From IMG/VR virus record IMGVR_UViG_3300032086_001957: a stretch of DNA of 20,000 nt; one strand, written 5' to 3'. The stretch comes from an uncultured virus (IMG/VR IMGVR_UViG_3300032086_001957) (Duplodnaviria; Heunggongvirae; Uroviricota; Caudoviricetes). A model generated the notes under the pieces. It was not told where the DNA came from. It saw only the letters and a program-made list of their open reading frames with translations, and ran no database searches. Position numbers and translations under genes: made by a program. Shown here piece after piece: positions 1 to 7,859 of this stretch (positions are counted from its first letter, which is position 1; every line of letters begins with the position of its first letter).

Positions 1-469
1 CATATTCTAAACCTTCATTTGTATCAACATCAATTCCTAGATCACCATCAAATGTTCTACCATTAAGAATACCAGTTGCATGAGTTGAACTGATGTTTAA
101 TGTTGGTACATCATATGCAGTCTTTACTGCATCAACTGAATCTGCAACTTGTTCTAATAACAAAACACTTGAACCACTATTTGCAATTACATTTCCTGAA
201 GCACTACCAGCCGCATTGGGCACCCATGAACCATGACCACCTGTAGCATCTGACAATCTATGAACACCAATATTGTTCACAATAACATCTCCTGAACCAA
301 CTACTGCTGGATCACCACAACTTGTTTTATCACCAATTCTAACAGCTGATGCACTATTTACAAAAACATTAGGTGAACCTTGTGCATATGATGTTGAGTG
401 AAATGGATTTGGTGTAGGTGATGCGTGTCCTACATGAGAGTCTGTTCCTTTTCTTACTATTCCTGGCAT
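1..469 (-). CDS. PAAR-domain baseplate spike-tip protein (T4 gp5.4-like) with a C-terminal extension; runs off the window edge
   Basis: Not in ORF track. ATG at 469, open to position 1: MPGIVRKGTDSHVGHASPTPNPFHSTSYAQGSPNVFVNSASAVRIGDKTSCGDPAVVGSGDVIVNNIGVHRLSDATGGHGSWVPNAAGSASGNVIAN-SGSSVLLLEQVADSVDAVKTAYDVPTL... PAAR-type repeats (AVRIGD, VHRLSD) with His/Cys ligands; directly downstream of gp5. Confidence 0.9.
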   Translation of the reverse strand, partial: MPGIVRKGTDSHVGHASPTPNPFHSTSYAQGSPNVFVNSASAVRIGDKTSCGDPAVVGSGDVIVNNIGVHRLSDATGGHGSWVPNAAGSASGNVIANSGSSVLLLEQVADSVDAVKTAYDVPTLNISSTHATGILNGRTFDGDLGIDVDTNEGLEY

Positions 470-478
470 ATATTATTC

Positions 479-1432
479 CTAGTTTAAATTAATAACTTTA
501 GAATCAACATCTACTTCTGTTGAAGCATCAATATCAAGTGTACCAGTAATATTTGTTTGTTGATCTGCAAGATATGTTTCAGTAACTTTCTTTGTTACAG
601 TTTCTGTTTTCGTTCCTAGAATATTAATATCAACATCACCATCAACTTTAATATTCCAGTTTTGTTTGATGTAAGTATTACAACTTCCATCTATTGTTAG
701 ATTGACTGTTCCTTTTACATAAGCATAATCAGAACCTGCAACGATACAATAATTATCACCAACAACTTTAGTAACTTTATTACCACCACCATCAATCTCG
801 TAGAATGTTCCTGATGTGTGTTGTTCGTTTATTCTTTCGTTGTTTGGTGTGTCATCAAATTCTTTTATGTGACCTGATTCAGATTCAAAGACATGATTGT
901 ATGGATATTCAGGTTGGAATGGTGGAGCAGGTTGAGCCCAAGGTGTACCAGATGCAGTATCAACTTCTGTATAGTTTGCTTGGTCTTTAAGTTTCTCTTG
1001 ATACTTTACATGATTTGTATCACCTCTTGCAAGTCTATTGACATCACTTTCATTTAGTAAATCTGATTTAGGATATTTACCATTGGGATCGTTGAAACCT
1101 TTAGATGTATCTGCAACATTTCTAGGTATGCCTGGAATACTTCCCATGATAATACTTTCTTGCATAGTATCTGCATCACGAAAAAATCCAACAACCCAAG
1201 TGCCTTCAACTAGTAGTGGTGGTGTTGTTCCTATACCACCAACAGCACTTGTCGATACTGGAAACATTGGTAAACTCCACGGCAAATCTTCCGTAGGCAA
1301 TTTAGTTTTATCTTCTGTATGATAGCCGTATATTCTTACTTTTAAACGACCAAGTTTTTCAGGGTCTTTTCTATCTTCAACTACACCGATAAACCAATAG
1401 AATCCATCACGACCTAAAAAATGATTTTCCAT
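479..1432 (-). CDS. gp5: Baseplate hub / central spike protein gp5 (N-terminal OB-fold plus short beta-helix, no lysozyme domain)
   Basis: FYWFIGVVEDRKDPEKLGRLKVRIYGYH, LPW, EGTWVVGFFRD, YPYNHVFESESGHIKEFDDTP and HTSGTFYEI are T4-like gp5 motifs; VxGxxxxx repeats at the C-terminus; late promoter upstream. Confidence 0.95.
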   Translation of the reverse strand: MENHFLGRDGFYWFIGVVEDRKDPEKLGRLKVRIYGYHTEDKTKLPTEDLPWSLPMFPVSTSAVGGIGTTPPLLVEGTWVVGFFRDADTMQESIIMGSIPGIPRNVADTSKGFNDPNGKYPKSDLLNESDVNRLARGDTNHVKYQEKLKDQANYTEVDTASGTPWAQPAPPFQPEYPYNHVFESESGHIKEFDDTPNNERINEQHTSGTFYEIDGGGNKVTKVVGDNYCIVAGSDYAYVKGTVNLTIDGSCNTYIKQNWNIKVDGDVDINILGTKTETVTKKVTETYLADQQTNITGTLDIDASTEVDVDSKVINLN

Positions 1433-1470
1433 AAAAAAATTCCTCTTTACAAGTATTTATAAAGAGGAAT
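1433..1470 (-). terminator. Hairpin plus U7 tract: intrinsic terminator / RBS-occluding stem in front of gp5
   Basis: Perfect 11-bp inverted repeat ATTCCTCTTTA (1439-1449) / TAAAGAGGAAT (1460-1470), followed on the minus strand by a T run and then the ATG. Confidence 0.75.
1454..1461 (-). promoter_or_regulatory. T4-type late promoter TATAAATA for the gp5/PAAR operon
   Basis: Exact TATAAATA on the minus strand 21 nt upstream of the gp5 ATG; SD GAGGA in between. Confidence 0.85.
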
Positions 1471-1499
1471 CAGAGGGAGTTAAAATGAATAACTTTGTT

Positions 1500-1769
1500 T
1501 TAATAACAAACTAATTGATATTTTGGAATACCTTGTCCGTTATAAACTGGTGAACTCCAACACTTTGTGAACTTACCTCGTTCAATAGCTGTGTCAGTAT
1601 GAATGTGAGAATTCTTGAATCGTACTGTTGAATCAATTGTTCTCTTTAAAATGTTCTTACCAACATTGGTTAGAATTGAATCTGCGAATCTGTCAAAACC
1701 ACTTTCAAATTCAAATGCGTTAGTATTGAAACTAACTGTTAATAATATAATTGTAAATAACTTTCTCAT
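1500..1769 (-). CDS. Hypothetical exported protein (signal peptide)
   Basis: MRKLFTIILLTVSFNTNA signal-like N-terminus; SD AGGAG; ORF track. Confidence 0.7.
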   Translation of the reverse strand: MRKLFTIILLTVSFNTNAFEFESGFDRFADSILTNVGKNILKRTIDSTVRFKNSHIHTDTAIERGKFTKCWSSPVYNGQGIPKYQLVCY

Positions 1770-1772
1770 AAT

Positions 1773-1934
1773 TTATTCTCCTTGTTTATCTAAACAAAAC
1801 TCATTCCAGATTAATTCTAAATCTGAATCTACATACCCACTATCTTTAAATGCTTTTGCAACTTTATCTTTCAACTCTTGTAAAGTTTCGCAATCAGGTA
1901 ATACATAATCAATATATTCATCTGGTGTAATCAT
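1773..1934 (-). CDS. Small acidic hypothetical early protein (53 aa, start revised to MITPDEY)
   Basis: First gene after the consensus promoter at 1969-1997; GAGAG upstream of ATG 1934; the longer ORF-track start overlaps the promoter. Confidence 0.7.
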   Translation of the reverse strand: MITPDEYIDYVLPDCETLQELKDKVAKAFKDSGYVDSDLELIWNEFCLDKQGE

Positions 1935-1968
1935 AAATTTTCTCTCTATTTTGTTAATCATTAAGTAT

Positions 1969-2038
1969 ATTATATGACAAATATGACTTGTTGTCAATAC
2001 AAAATGCAAAAAAAGATTTCTTTAAAATCAAGGACTTA
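1969..2038 (-). promoter_or_regulatory. Sigma70-type early promoter with upstream IHF-like box (copy 1)
   Basis: TTGACA (1992-1997)-17 nt-TATAAT (1969-1974); AATCAAGGACTTA at 2026-2038 matches WATCAANNNNTTR. Confidence 0.85.
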
Positions 2039-2170
2039 CAAGATAGACAATATATATGCAAGAATTATATACGGTAGTGCGAAGAAAAAGCCTATCATTA
2101 ATAAGACATTGAATAGAAAATAGAAAGAAATTATTCCATCAATCTTTTTATATTTAAGTCTTTTTTTCAT
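2036..2170 (-). CDS. Small membrane protein (44 aa)
   Basis: Not in ORF track: MKKRLKYKKIDGIISFYFLFNVLLMIGFFFALPYIILAYILSIL*; fills the gap between neighbours. Confidence 0.55.
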   Translation of the reverse strand: MKKRLKYKKIDGIISFYFLFNVLLMIGFFFALPYIILAYILSIL

Positions 2171-2175
2171 AGTAA

Positions 2176-2778
2176 TTATTTATTATGTTCAAAAATTAAA
2201 TTACCTGCAACACTTGTTCTGATAACATTAGATTTAAATGGTGATACTGTATGATTTAACTCACTAGGAAAAATAAACATATGACCTGACTCTGGAATAA
2301 AACTATAACTACCTATAAAGTGTTTTGGTAGATAATGACTAATTACAAATTCAATTGAACCAGGCCCATCAGTTGTACCTTCATGTTCTCGTTCTTCTTG
2401 AAGTAATTTTTCAGGAACATCTATATACAAAACAAAAGAAACATCAGCATTAGTATGATTATGTGGTGGATTGAAATCACCACTTTTCATATAATTTATC
2501 CACAATGAATTTACTTCATATTTTCCTTTTATAAGAGTATTATCATTTGTATGAACTGCAAGATTATTTTTGTAATTATTAAATATAGGTTGCATCTGTT
2601 CTTCAAACCATTTTATTGTATCTTCTTCATAAGACCATTGACTTTTTAGATGTCCTGCTAAAGAAGAATTTGCACTCGTTTTTAATGTACTACCAATAAC
2701 ATTTAAACGATACAAAATACTCTTGTCAATTTTATATGACATGAATAACGGCCCAAAGTAATGTTTTTTACTTTGCAT
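2176..2778 (-). CDS. Putative 2OG-Fe(II) oxygenase (TIGR02466-like phage family)
   Basis: WINYMKSGDFNPPHNH, SFVLYI, FIFPSELNHTVSPF, RTSVAGN motifs. Confidence 0.85.
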   Translation of the reverse strand: MQSKKHYFGPLFMSYKIDKSILYRLNVIGSTLKTSANSSLAGHLKSQWSYEEDTIKWFEEQMQPIFNNYKNNLAVHTNDNTLIKGKYEVNSLWINYMKSGDFNPPHNHTNADVSFVLYIDVPEKLLQEEREHEGTTDGPGSIEFVISHYLPKHFIGSYSFIPESGHMFIFPSELNHTVSPFKSNVIRTSVAGNLIFEHNK

Positions 2779-2992
2779 AATCTACAATACCAGTTGCATA
2801 ATTCTCTGCACAATCTTCTGCATATCGTAATGAGTGTTCTGATACATCTATACTAAAAAGAACTTCATTATCTTTATCTTTAATATCAACATGGAAACCT
2901 TTGTTTCTTAAGTAACCAGTTTCTTCTTTTACAATAACTGCAACTCTACCTGATTCGTCATCATAATAATATTCACTTATTTCTTCATGCAT
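2768..2992 (-). CDS. Hypothetical protein
   Basis: ORF track; SD AGGAG; overlap-coupled with the next gene. Confidence 0.75.
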   Translation of the reverse strand: MHEEISEYYYDDESGRVAVIVKEETGYLRNKGFHVDIKDKDNEVLFSIDVSEHSLRYAEDCAENYATGIVDYAK

Positions 2993-3003
2993 AATATATT
3001 CTC

Positions 3004-3606
3004 CTATAATTTAATATTAAAAGTAACACTAATTCTTTCACCATCACTTTTGTTTTTTGATACCATGTGATCCAAGTATCCAGGCCACAATATCATTCTT
3101 CCAACTACTGGTAAATACGATACTTCACTATCAATTTCATTTGTAAGAAATGTTAATTTATGATATAAAACATTAGGTGCTGGATTTTTAAAAAATATTT
3201 TACCAGAATCTTTTACTGCGTTGATATAAAAGACACCAGAAATATCTGTATCAGAGTGCATATGATATTCTTGAAACATACCTTTAGTTGAATAGTTAAT
3301 CCAAGATGATACGATTCTTACATTGTAGTTTTTATTTGGATCAACATTTAAATTTTCATAAAGATATTCATCTACACTTTTATGAATATGTTCTAATAAC
3401 AACGGACAACTAAACTGTAAAACATTACACTCGACACTATCATCATAGTTAAAAGTAGATGACATATTACCATACCAAGTTAGTTCTGATTTATGTCTTT
3501 CAATCTCTGCAACTGTTTTAATTTCTGCAAGAATATTCTTTGGACAATTATCTATAACCTTTATAGGTACTCCAAATACTTTATGCACTAATATTCCATT
3601 TCCCAA
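3004..3606 (-). CDS. Putative 2OG-Fe(II) oxygenase (TIGR02466-like); start may be the GTG at 3588
   Basis: SWINYSTKGMFQEYHMH, ISGVFYI, LWPGYLDHMV, RISVTFNI motifs. Confidence 0.85.
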   Translation of the reverse strand: MGNGILVHKVFGVPIKVIDNCPKNILAEIKTVAEIERHKSELTWYGNMSSTFNYDDSVECNVLQFSCPLLLEHIHKSVDEYLYENLNVDPNKNYNVRIVSSWINYSTKGMFQEYHMHSDTDISGVFYINAVKDSGKIFFKNPAPNVLYHKLTFLTNEIDSEVSYLPVVGRMILWPGYLDHMVSKNKSDGERISVTFNIKL

Positions 3607-3836
3607 TAGTTAAATAAATTCTCAAATGCAATCTTGTAGAATGAATACTCGTTGTTTACTAGTAAATCATTATGATAATAATCTAGTAATTCTTTTCTCT
3701 GATCTTCAGTTAAGTCATCAGAGTGTGGTACACCATAGAACTCTTGAATCACATAATCCAATTGTTCACCTATATGGTTTTCAAGTAATTCTTCGTACTT
3801 GTGTATTCTAGGCCATTCAAATTTTTTAGAAGTCAT
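3588..3836 (-). CDS. Hypothetical protein (start revised to MTSKKF)
   Basis: SD AAGGA before ATG 3836; ORF track frame. Confidence 0.7.
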   Translation of the reverse strand: MTSKKFEWPRIHKYEELLENHIGEQLDYVIQEFYGVPHSDDLTEDQRKELLDYYHNDLLVNNEYSFYKIAFENLFNYWEMEY

Positions 3837-4104
3837 GTTCAATCCTTTTCTCAAATAATTCATATTGTAAGTCATTAATATTTTCGTTCATGTAGAAAAC
3901 CTCAAAGTCACTATCTAATCTTTCTTGATATACAACTCCTTTGAAATTTATTATTTCTGTATGTCTGTGTATTGAACCATCAGCTAACTGATAGTGCCAA
4001 ATTTTGTAACACTTTAATACTTTTGTATTCCATAAATCAGGTACTCCTTTCTCGTCAGGGTCATTTAAATGATCTTCAATTTCTGGTACGACTACTCCAC
4101 TCAT
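3826..4104 (-). CDS. Hypothetical protein
   Basis: ORF track; ATGA coupling with the upstream ORF; SD AAGGA. Confidence 0.7.
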   Translation of the reverse strand: MSGVVVPEIEDHLNDPDEKGVPDLWNTKVLKCYKIWHYQLADGSIHRHTEIINFKGVVYQERLDSDFEVFYMNENINDLQYELFEKRIEHDF

Positions 4105-4253
4105 TTCTTTCCTTTAATTGTTTCAATATAATTATCACCTTCAAAAATGTTTGCATGATATCCAGTTTTCTTTACACACTCTCTTGCATCTTCTAGTGTC
4201 TTAAAAGTAACATCATGAAAACAATCTGTTTCAAAAAAATAAACTCTAAACAT
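4101..4253 (-). CDS. Small hypothetical protein (50 aa)
   Basis: Not in ORF track: MFRVYFFETDCFHDVTFKTLEDARECVKKTGYHANIFEGDNYIETIKGKK*; its stop overlaps the next ATG. Confidence 0.7.
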   Translation of the reverse strand: MFRVYFFETDCFHDVTFKTLEDARECVKKTGYHANIFEGDNYIETIKGKK

Positions 4254-4258
4254 ATCTT

Positions 4259-4846
4259 CTAGCCCCAACCACCAATACCTAACATATCTCGAACGACTTT
4301 GTGATACATACTATGTTCTAATGCATGAACTTGTTGTTCAACTTCTTTGTAAGTATATCGTACTTGATTCGTATGATGTGCATTGTGATTTAAAATAGTA
4401 TTCACAATCCAAAGAGGTTCTTGTGCAATGATTTCACCTTCATCAACTTTCTCATTCACATAATGAATGGTAACTCCCATTACTTTACAACCATAATCGT
4501 AAGCTCTACGAATTGCATCTGTACCTTTAAATGCAGGTAGTAAACTTGGATGTATGTTAATAATCTTTTTAGGATACTTCTTTACGAACTCTTTTGATAA
4601 CACTCGCATGAATCCTGCAAGAACTAAAAACTCAACCTCTTGCATAAATGTTTCGTCAAGTAATCTTTCTAACTCTTTAATCTTGGGTTCAACAAATGTA
4701 TGAATATGTTTCTTGTGTGCAAAATCTAATCCCTTTGCATCAGGGTTATTACTTCCTACCCACGCAATTGGAACTAGTGCATCAACCAAGGCTTTCAAAT
4801 TCGTACCAGTACCAGAAATCAATACACCAACTTTTTTCTCTTTCAT
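4259..4846 (-). CDS. purN: Phosphoribosylglycinamide formyltransferase (auxiliary metabolic gene)
   Basis: VLISGTGTNLKAL, LVLAGFMRVLS, INIHPSLLPAFKG, GVTIHYV..VDEGEIIAQ and EH motifs; catalytic Asn/His/Asp present. Confidence 0.93.
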   Translation of the reverse strand: MKEKKVGVLISGTGTNLKALVDALVPIAWVGSNNPDAKGLDFAHKKHIHTFVEPKIKELERLLDETFMQEVEFLVLAGFMRVLSKEFVKKYPKKIINIHPSLLPAFKGTDAIRRAYDYGCKVMGVTIHYVNEKVDEGEIIAQEPLWIVNTILNHNAHHTNQVRYTYKEVEQQVHALEHSMYHKVVRDMLGIGGWG

Positions 4847-4920
4847 TTTCTATTACTCGTTAAGATTATTAAGATAATTATGAGTATTAATGGTACTAAA
4901 CTGATTATAAAGTTAGTCAT
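4843..4920 (-). CDS. Single-TM mini-protein (25 aa)
   Basis: MTNFIISLVPLILIIILIILTSNRK*; its TGA overlaps the purN ATG (ATGA). Confidence 0.55.
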   Translation of the reverse strand: MTNFIISLVPLILIIILIILTSNRK

Positions 4921-4926
4921 ATTTTT

Positions 4927-5172
4927 CTACCATCTTCTCTCTTTCACATCTCTTGGACAACCACCTTTACCAGGCGTGTTCAATCGCATACCATTCTCAC
5001 ACTCGTACGAACACATATAGATTTGTTCTTGTTCATTAATGGGTACATAACTTGTAAACATACACCACATCTTGTCTTTACCCAACGCAGGTAAATCATA
5101 TTCAGACCAGTCAATGTCACTAGTGACATCACTCGCAAATAATAATAGAATTAATAAAAATAAGTTTCTCAT
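4927..5172 (-). CDS. Small exported Cys-containing protein (start revised to MRNLFLL)
   Basis: Signal-peptide-like N-terminus, 4 Cys in the mature part; ATGA coupling at 5169-5172. Confidence 0.7.
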   Translation of the reverse strand: MRNLFLLILLLFASDVTSDIDWSEYDLPALGKDKMWCMFTSYVPINEQEQIYMCSYECENGMRLNTPGKGGCPRDVKERRW

Positions 5173-5273
5173 AATAACGGATAGATACACACATAGAAAA
5201 AAACTACATGAAGTATCACAGATAGTAAAATGGGTTTTAAAAGGGTTTTATGCGTCTTTAAAAAATCAATCAT
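5169..5273 (-). CDS. Small membrane protein (34 aa)
   Basis: MIDFLKTHKTLLKPILLSVILHVVFFYVCIYPLL*; AAGGAG upstream; overlaps both neighbours. Confidence 0.6.
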   Translation of the reverse strand: MIDFLKTHKTLLKPILLSVILHVVFFYVCIYPLL

Positions 5274-5499
5274 CAAATCTATCTCCTTTAGTTAATTGAT
5301 TCATTTTCTCAACTAATATATTGGTAGACAAACACAAATTAGAAATGGTTTCAATTTGTTTTGATAACGAATCTTCAATAGACAGAATGGAAGTTTCCAA
5401 CTCTGTCATTCTTCTCTTGTGATAGTCGAACTGTTTCTCAAGTAAATCTAGTTGAGATTTCAATTCTTCTATCACTTTTTGTTCATGGTAATCAAACAT
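5266..5499 (-). CDS. Coiled-coil hypothetical protein
   Basis: ORF track; heptad pattern. Confidence 0.7.
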   Translation of the reverse strand: MFDYHEQKVIEELKSQLDLLEKQFDYHKRRMTELETSILSIEDSLSKQIETISNLCLSTNILVEKMNQLTKGDRFDD

Positions 5500-5500
5500 A

Positions 5501-5896
5501 CTAATTACTTATGGTTCTTGAATAGTTGTGTGGAAGTCTTGCACCACAACCAACAACTGGACAAGTGTCATACGACCTATCGTCATAGTCAGGTATGTCT
5601 TTCTCACGATAGATACCACCGTCCATCTCAACAATAATATCTCTGATATGTTTGATTTGTGTATTGATGTCAAACTGCGAATCAGAACTAATGTTCCATT
5701 GTTTCTGCATAATCTCAATAGCTCGCAATACAACAGAATCGTGAACTCCATGCATTGGAAAACAAACTCCGTTCGCACCAAAATGATGTAAGAACTCGTC
5801 AACGAATTCAAATTTAGAAACGAAATGGGGTTGCGACCAACTAGGTGTCAAGTTACCCATTCTCTCGTCATGTAACACTTTACTTAATGATTTCAT
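5501..5896 (-). CDS. Hypothetical protein with C-terminal CPxxxC..H motif
   Basis: ORF track; SD GAGGG; ends CPVVGCGARLPHNYS. Confidence 0.7.
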   Translation of the reverse strand: MKSLSKVLHDERMGNLTPSWSQPHFVSKFEFVDEFLHHFGANGVCFPMHGVHDSVVLRAIEIMQKQWNISSDSQFDINTQIKHIRDIIVEMDGGIYREKDIPDYDDRSYDTCPVVGCGARLPHNYSRTISN

Positions 5897-5963
5897 AATT
5901 TCCCTCTTATAATAATGTATATTAAAACAAAAAAACTAATTGTATAAAGAATATCTAGAACTA

Positions 5964-6194
5964 TCATCTTGGTACTGGATAAACTGAAAAACCAATTGCA
6001 TCTCTTTTATTGCAATGTGATGCAAAAGTGTCATATCTAGGGCCACGATACCTAATGCGATACTTGACACCAGTAATACTAGTAGACTTTGCAAGACAGT
6101 CTTTTACAAACTCTAGGTACATCATTGGAACATTCTTCCAAATAGACCTTTCAGTTTCTCTAGATTCGTATGGGGTTAAATCACCTTTAATCAT
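5964..6194 (-). CDS. Basic hypothetical early protein (start revised to MIKGDL)
   Basis: SD GAGGA before ATG 6194, just downstream of promoter copy 2. Confidence 0.75.
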   Translation of the reverse strand: MIKGDLTPYESRETERSIWKNVPMMYLEFVKDCLAKSTSITGVKYRIRYRGPRYDTFASHCNKRDAIGFSVYPVPR

Positions 6195-6231
6195 AATGTT
6201 TCCTCTCTCAAAATTGTTAATCATTAAGTAT

Positions 6232-6301
6232 ATGTTATCAAAACAATCTTCATTTGTCAATAGTTTTTGGAAAAAAAGATTCCTTTAAAATCAACTACTT
6301 A
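6232..6301 (-). promoter_or_regulatory. Sigma70-type early promoter with upstream IHF-like box (copy 2)
   Basis: TTGACA (6255-6260)-17 nt-TAACAT (6232-6237, preceded by TGn); AATCAACTACTTA at 6289-6301; leader ATACTTAATGATTAACAA shared with copy 1. Confidence 0.8.
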
Positions 6302-6337
6302 CAAATGAATTGTTGTCAGTTTTGATGGGGGGTCATA

Positions 6338-6487
6338 TTACTTCAAGTGCATTACACATAATATGAAGATTGCAAGACATAAAAAGAATATTGCGTTCAA
6401 CATATTACCTGTAAATGATGCAACGATTGATAATACGAATGTTGCAAATAAAAGTCCAAGTCCAAAAGATTGTACATATTTTTTCAT
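6338..6487 (-). CDS. Small two-TM membrane protein (49 aa)
   Basis: Not in ORF track: MKKYVQSFGLGLLFATFVLSIVASFTGNMLNAIFFLCLAIFILCVMHLK*; SD AAAGGA. Confidence 0.75.
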   Translation of the reverse strand: MKKYVQSFGLGLLFATFVLSIVASFTGNMLNAIFFLCLAIFILCVMHLK

Positions 6488-6574
6488 AGTTGTTTCCTTT
6501 CTTTGTTAGGTGCAGAATAAAGTTGTATCTTTATATTGCATTTATAGATTACGAATTACCTTTCAGTCTTAAGG

Positions 6575-6635
6575 GGTACTAGGTGCATTGCAGGATACCT
6601 TCCATTGAGGAGCCTTGGTGCAATACACCCATACC
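6575..6635 (-). ncRNA. Candidate structured RNA (long intergenic stem-loop)
   Basis: GGUAUGGGUGUAUUGCA pairs with UGCAAUGCACCUAGUACC on the minus strand with two G-U pairs (A-C mismatches on the plus strand); GC-rich within a 160-nt non-coding gap. Confidence 0.45.
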
Positions 6636-6649
6636 ACAGAGAGAGAAAG

Positions 6650-6967
6650 TTAAATCTTATTATTCAGTAACAGTTGCATCATCTCTGAAAACCCTGATGA
6701 ATACTGGATTCTACGACATATCTCTTGTCGTGCGTGAGGTTTTAACTTCATCAGTTTATTATAGAGATACTTCACCTGTTGTATTGACAACTTATATGAC
6801 TTATTGTCATCTGTTCTTACCTCTGTCAGTTCGATTGGATTGTCCTCACTATCCATAATCTCTGCGAACTGCACTAATACTTGTGGCTGTCGATAGTCTT
6901 TGTCATACTCTGGGAGTTTTTCTCTCGCATATCCCTCTGTATCAAATGTAACCATAGTTGTTCTCAT
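6650..6967 (-). CDS. Hypothetical protein
   Basis: ORF track; SD AGGAG; ATGA coupling. Confidence 0.75.
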   Translation of the reverse strand: MRTTMVTFDTEGYAREKLPEYDKDYRQPQVLVQFAEIMDSEDNPIELTEVRTDDNKSYKLSIQQVKYLYNKLMKLKPHARQEICRRIQYSSGFSEMMQLLLNNKI

Positions 6968-7191
6968 ACATTCATCTCCTGTTTTAATAAGTCTATATCT
7001 TCTTGTAACTGCGAAACCATCTCTGATAGTCTGTCGAACTGCAACTCTTGTTTCATTACTTCCAACTCGTCATACATACCATCAATCTTATCTAACATCT
7101 GTTTCTGTTGTTTTAATAACATCTTCTGCATATCTTCCATTTGTTTCTGTGGATATACTAGATTCCCTAATGATTCATTTACTTTACTCAT
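6964..7191 (-). CDS. Coiled-coil hypothetical protein
   Basis: ORF track; SD GAGGA. Confidence 0.75.
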   Translation of the reverse strand: MSKVNESLGNLVYPQKQMEDMQKMLLKQQKQMLDKIDGMYDELEVMKQELQFDRLSEMVSQLQEDIDLLKQEMNV

Positions 7192-7372
7192 GTACTAATC
7201 CTCTCTCTATAAAAACTAAATTCTCTACGAAAACTGTATGCCAGTCCTCACCCTTGTTTCTGTGATATACGAACTCACCATCAAGTAAGTTGTCTTTTGC
7301 ATACATCACAGCTTGTTGTGGGTCATCAAACTCTACCCATTTCTTATTGTCATCATATACTTTATATTTCAT
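7184..7372 (-). CDS. Hypothetical protein
   Basis: ORF track; SD AGGAG; downstream of the promoter at 7393-7421. Confidence 0.75.
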   Translation of the reverse strand: MKYKVYDDNKKWVEFDDPQQAVMYAKDNLLDGEFVYHRNKGEDWHTVFVENLVFIERGLVHE

Positions 7373-7563
7373 TTATCACTCCTAACACTAGAATTATACA
7401 CACTTTTTTGGTCTTTGTCAAGTAAATCTAGGAAGATTTTTGACGCTTGATTAAACAAATCATCATGTGGTGATAGTGCAAATTCTTCCATAAGTCTGTT
7501 TTGCAACTCATTTATGTCTGAACTTGTTTTGATAACACCGTCTATATCTGAAAATAAACTCAT
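7369..7563 (-). CDS. Hypothetical protein
   Basis: ORF track; SD AGGAG; ATGA coupling at both ends. Confidence 0.7.
   Translation of the reverse strand: MSLFSDIDGVIKTSSDINELQNRLMEEFALSPHDDLFNQASKIFLDLLDKDQKSVYNSSVRSDK
7393..7421 (-). promoter_or_regulatory. Perfect sigma70 promoter embedded in the 3' end of a CDS
   Basis: TTGACA (7416-7421)-17 nt-TATAAT (7393-7398). Confidence 0.8.
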
Positions 7564-7859
7564 ATTAATCTCCTTTTTTGCATTTCTTCGTCTGAAATAT
7601 AGTGTTCTGAATGGGTTAATTCCTCATTCAACATATCCCACATCTGTTGTTTAACCTTTGGAACAGCTTTGTTATTCCAGTAGTCAATCATCTCTGGGGT
7701 TGGTCGAACACCTCTCGCATCTTTGTATAAGTCACTATACAAGTTATCATCATAATCATAACCCTTAAGTTTCTTAACTGTAGTTTCTGCACTACGAAAG
7801 AAATCATCTATCTGTCGTTGCATACCTTCTACTATCTCGTATTGTTGTTTCTTACTCAT
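7560..7859 (-). CDS. Hypothetical protein (start revised to MSKKQQ)
   Basis: SD AAGGAG before ATG 7859; the YSDLYKDARGVRP motif looks like a recurrent small phage protein family (from memory). Confidence 0.75.
   Translation of the reverse strand: MSKKQQYEIVEGMQRQIDDFFRSAETTVKKLKGYDYDDNLYSDLYKDARGVRPTPEMIDYWNNKAVPKVKQQMWDMLNEELTHSEHYISDEEMQKRRLI

Noticed and set aside
5509..5811. 100-aa same-strand alternative-frame ORF
   Set aside because: Nested inside 5501..5896, which has the SD and fits the gene packing.
1950..6301. Repeated intergenic sequences as a CRISPR array or mobile-element ends
   Set aside because: Only 2-3 degenerate copies kilobases apart, explained as promoters; no spacers, cas genes or transposase.
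6560..6650. tRNA, hammerhead or known riboswitch
   Set aside because: No cloverleaf or T-loop GTTC, no CUGAnGA core, no aptamer consensus I recognise; kept only as an unknown structured RNA candidate.
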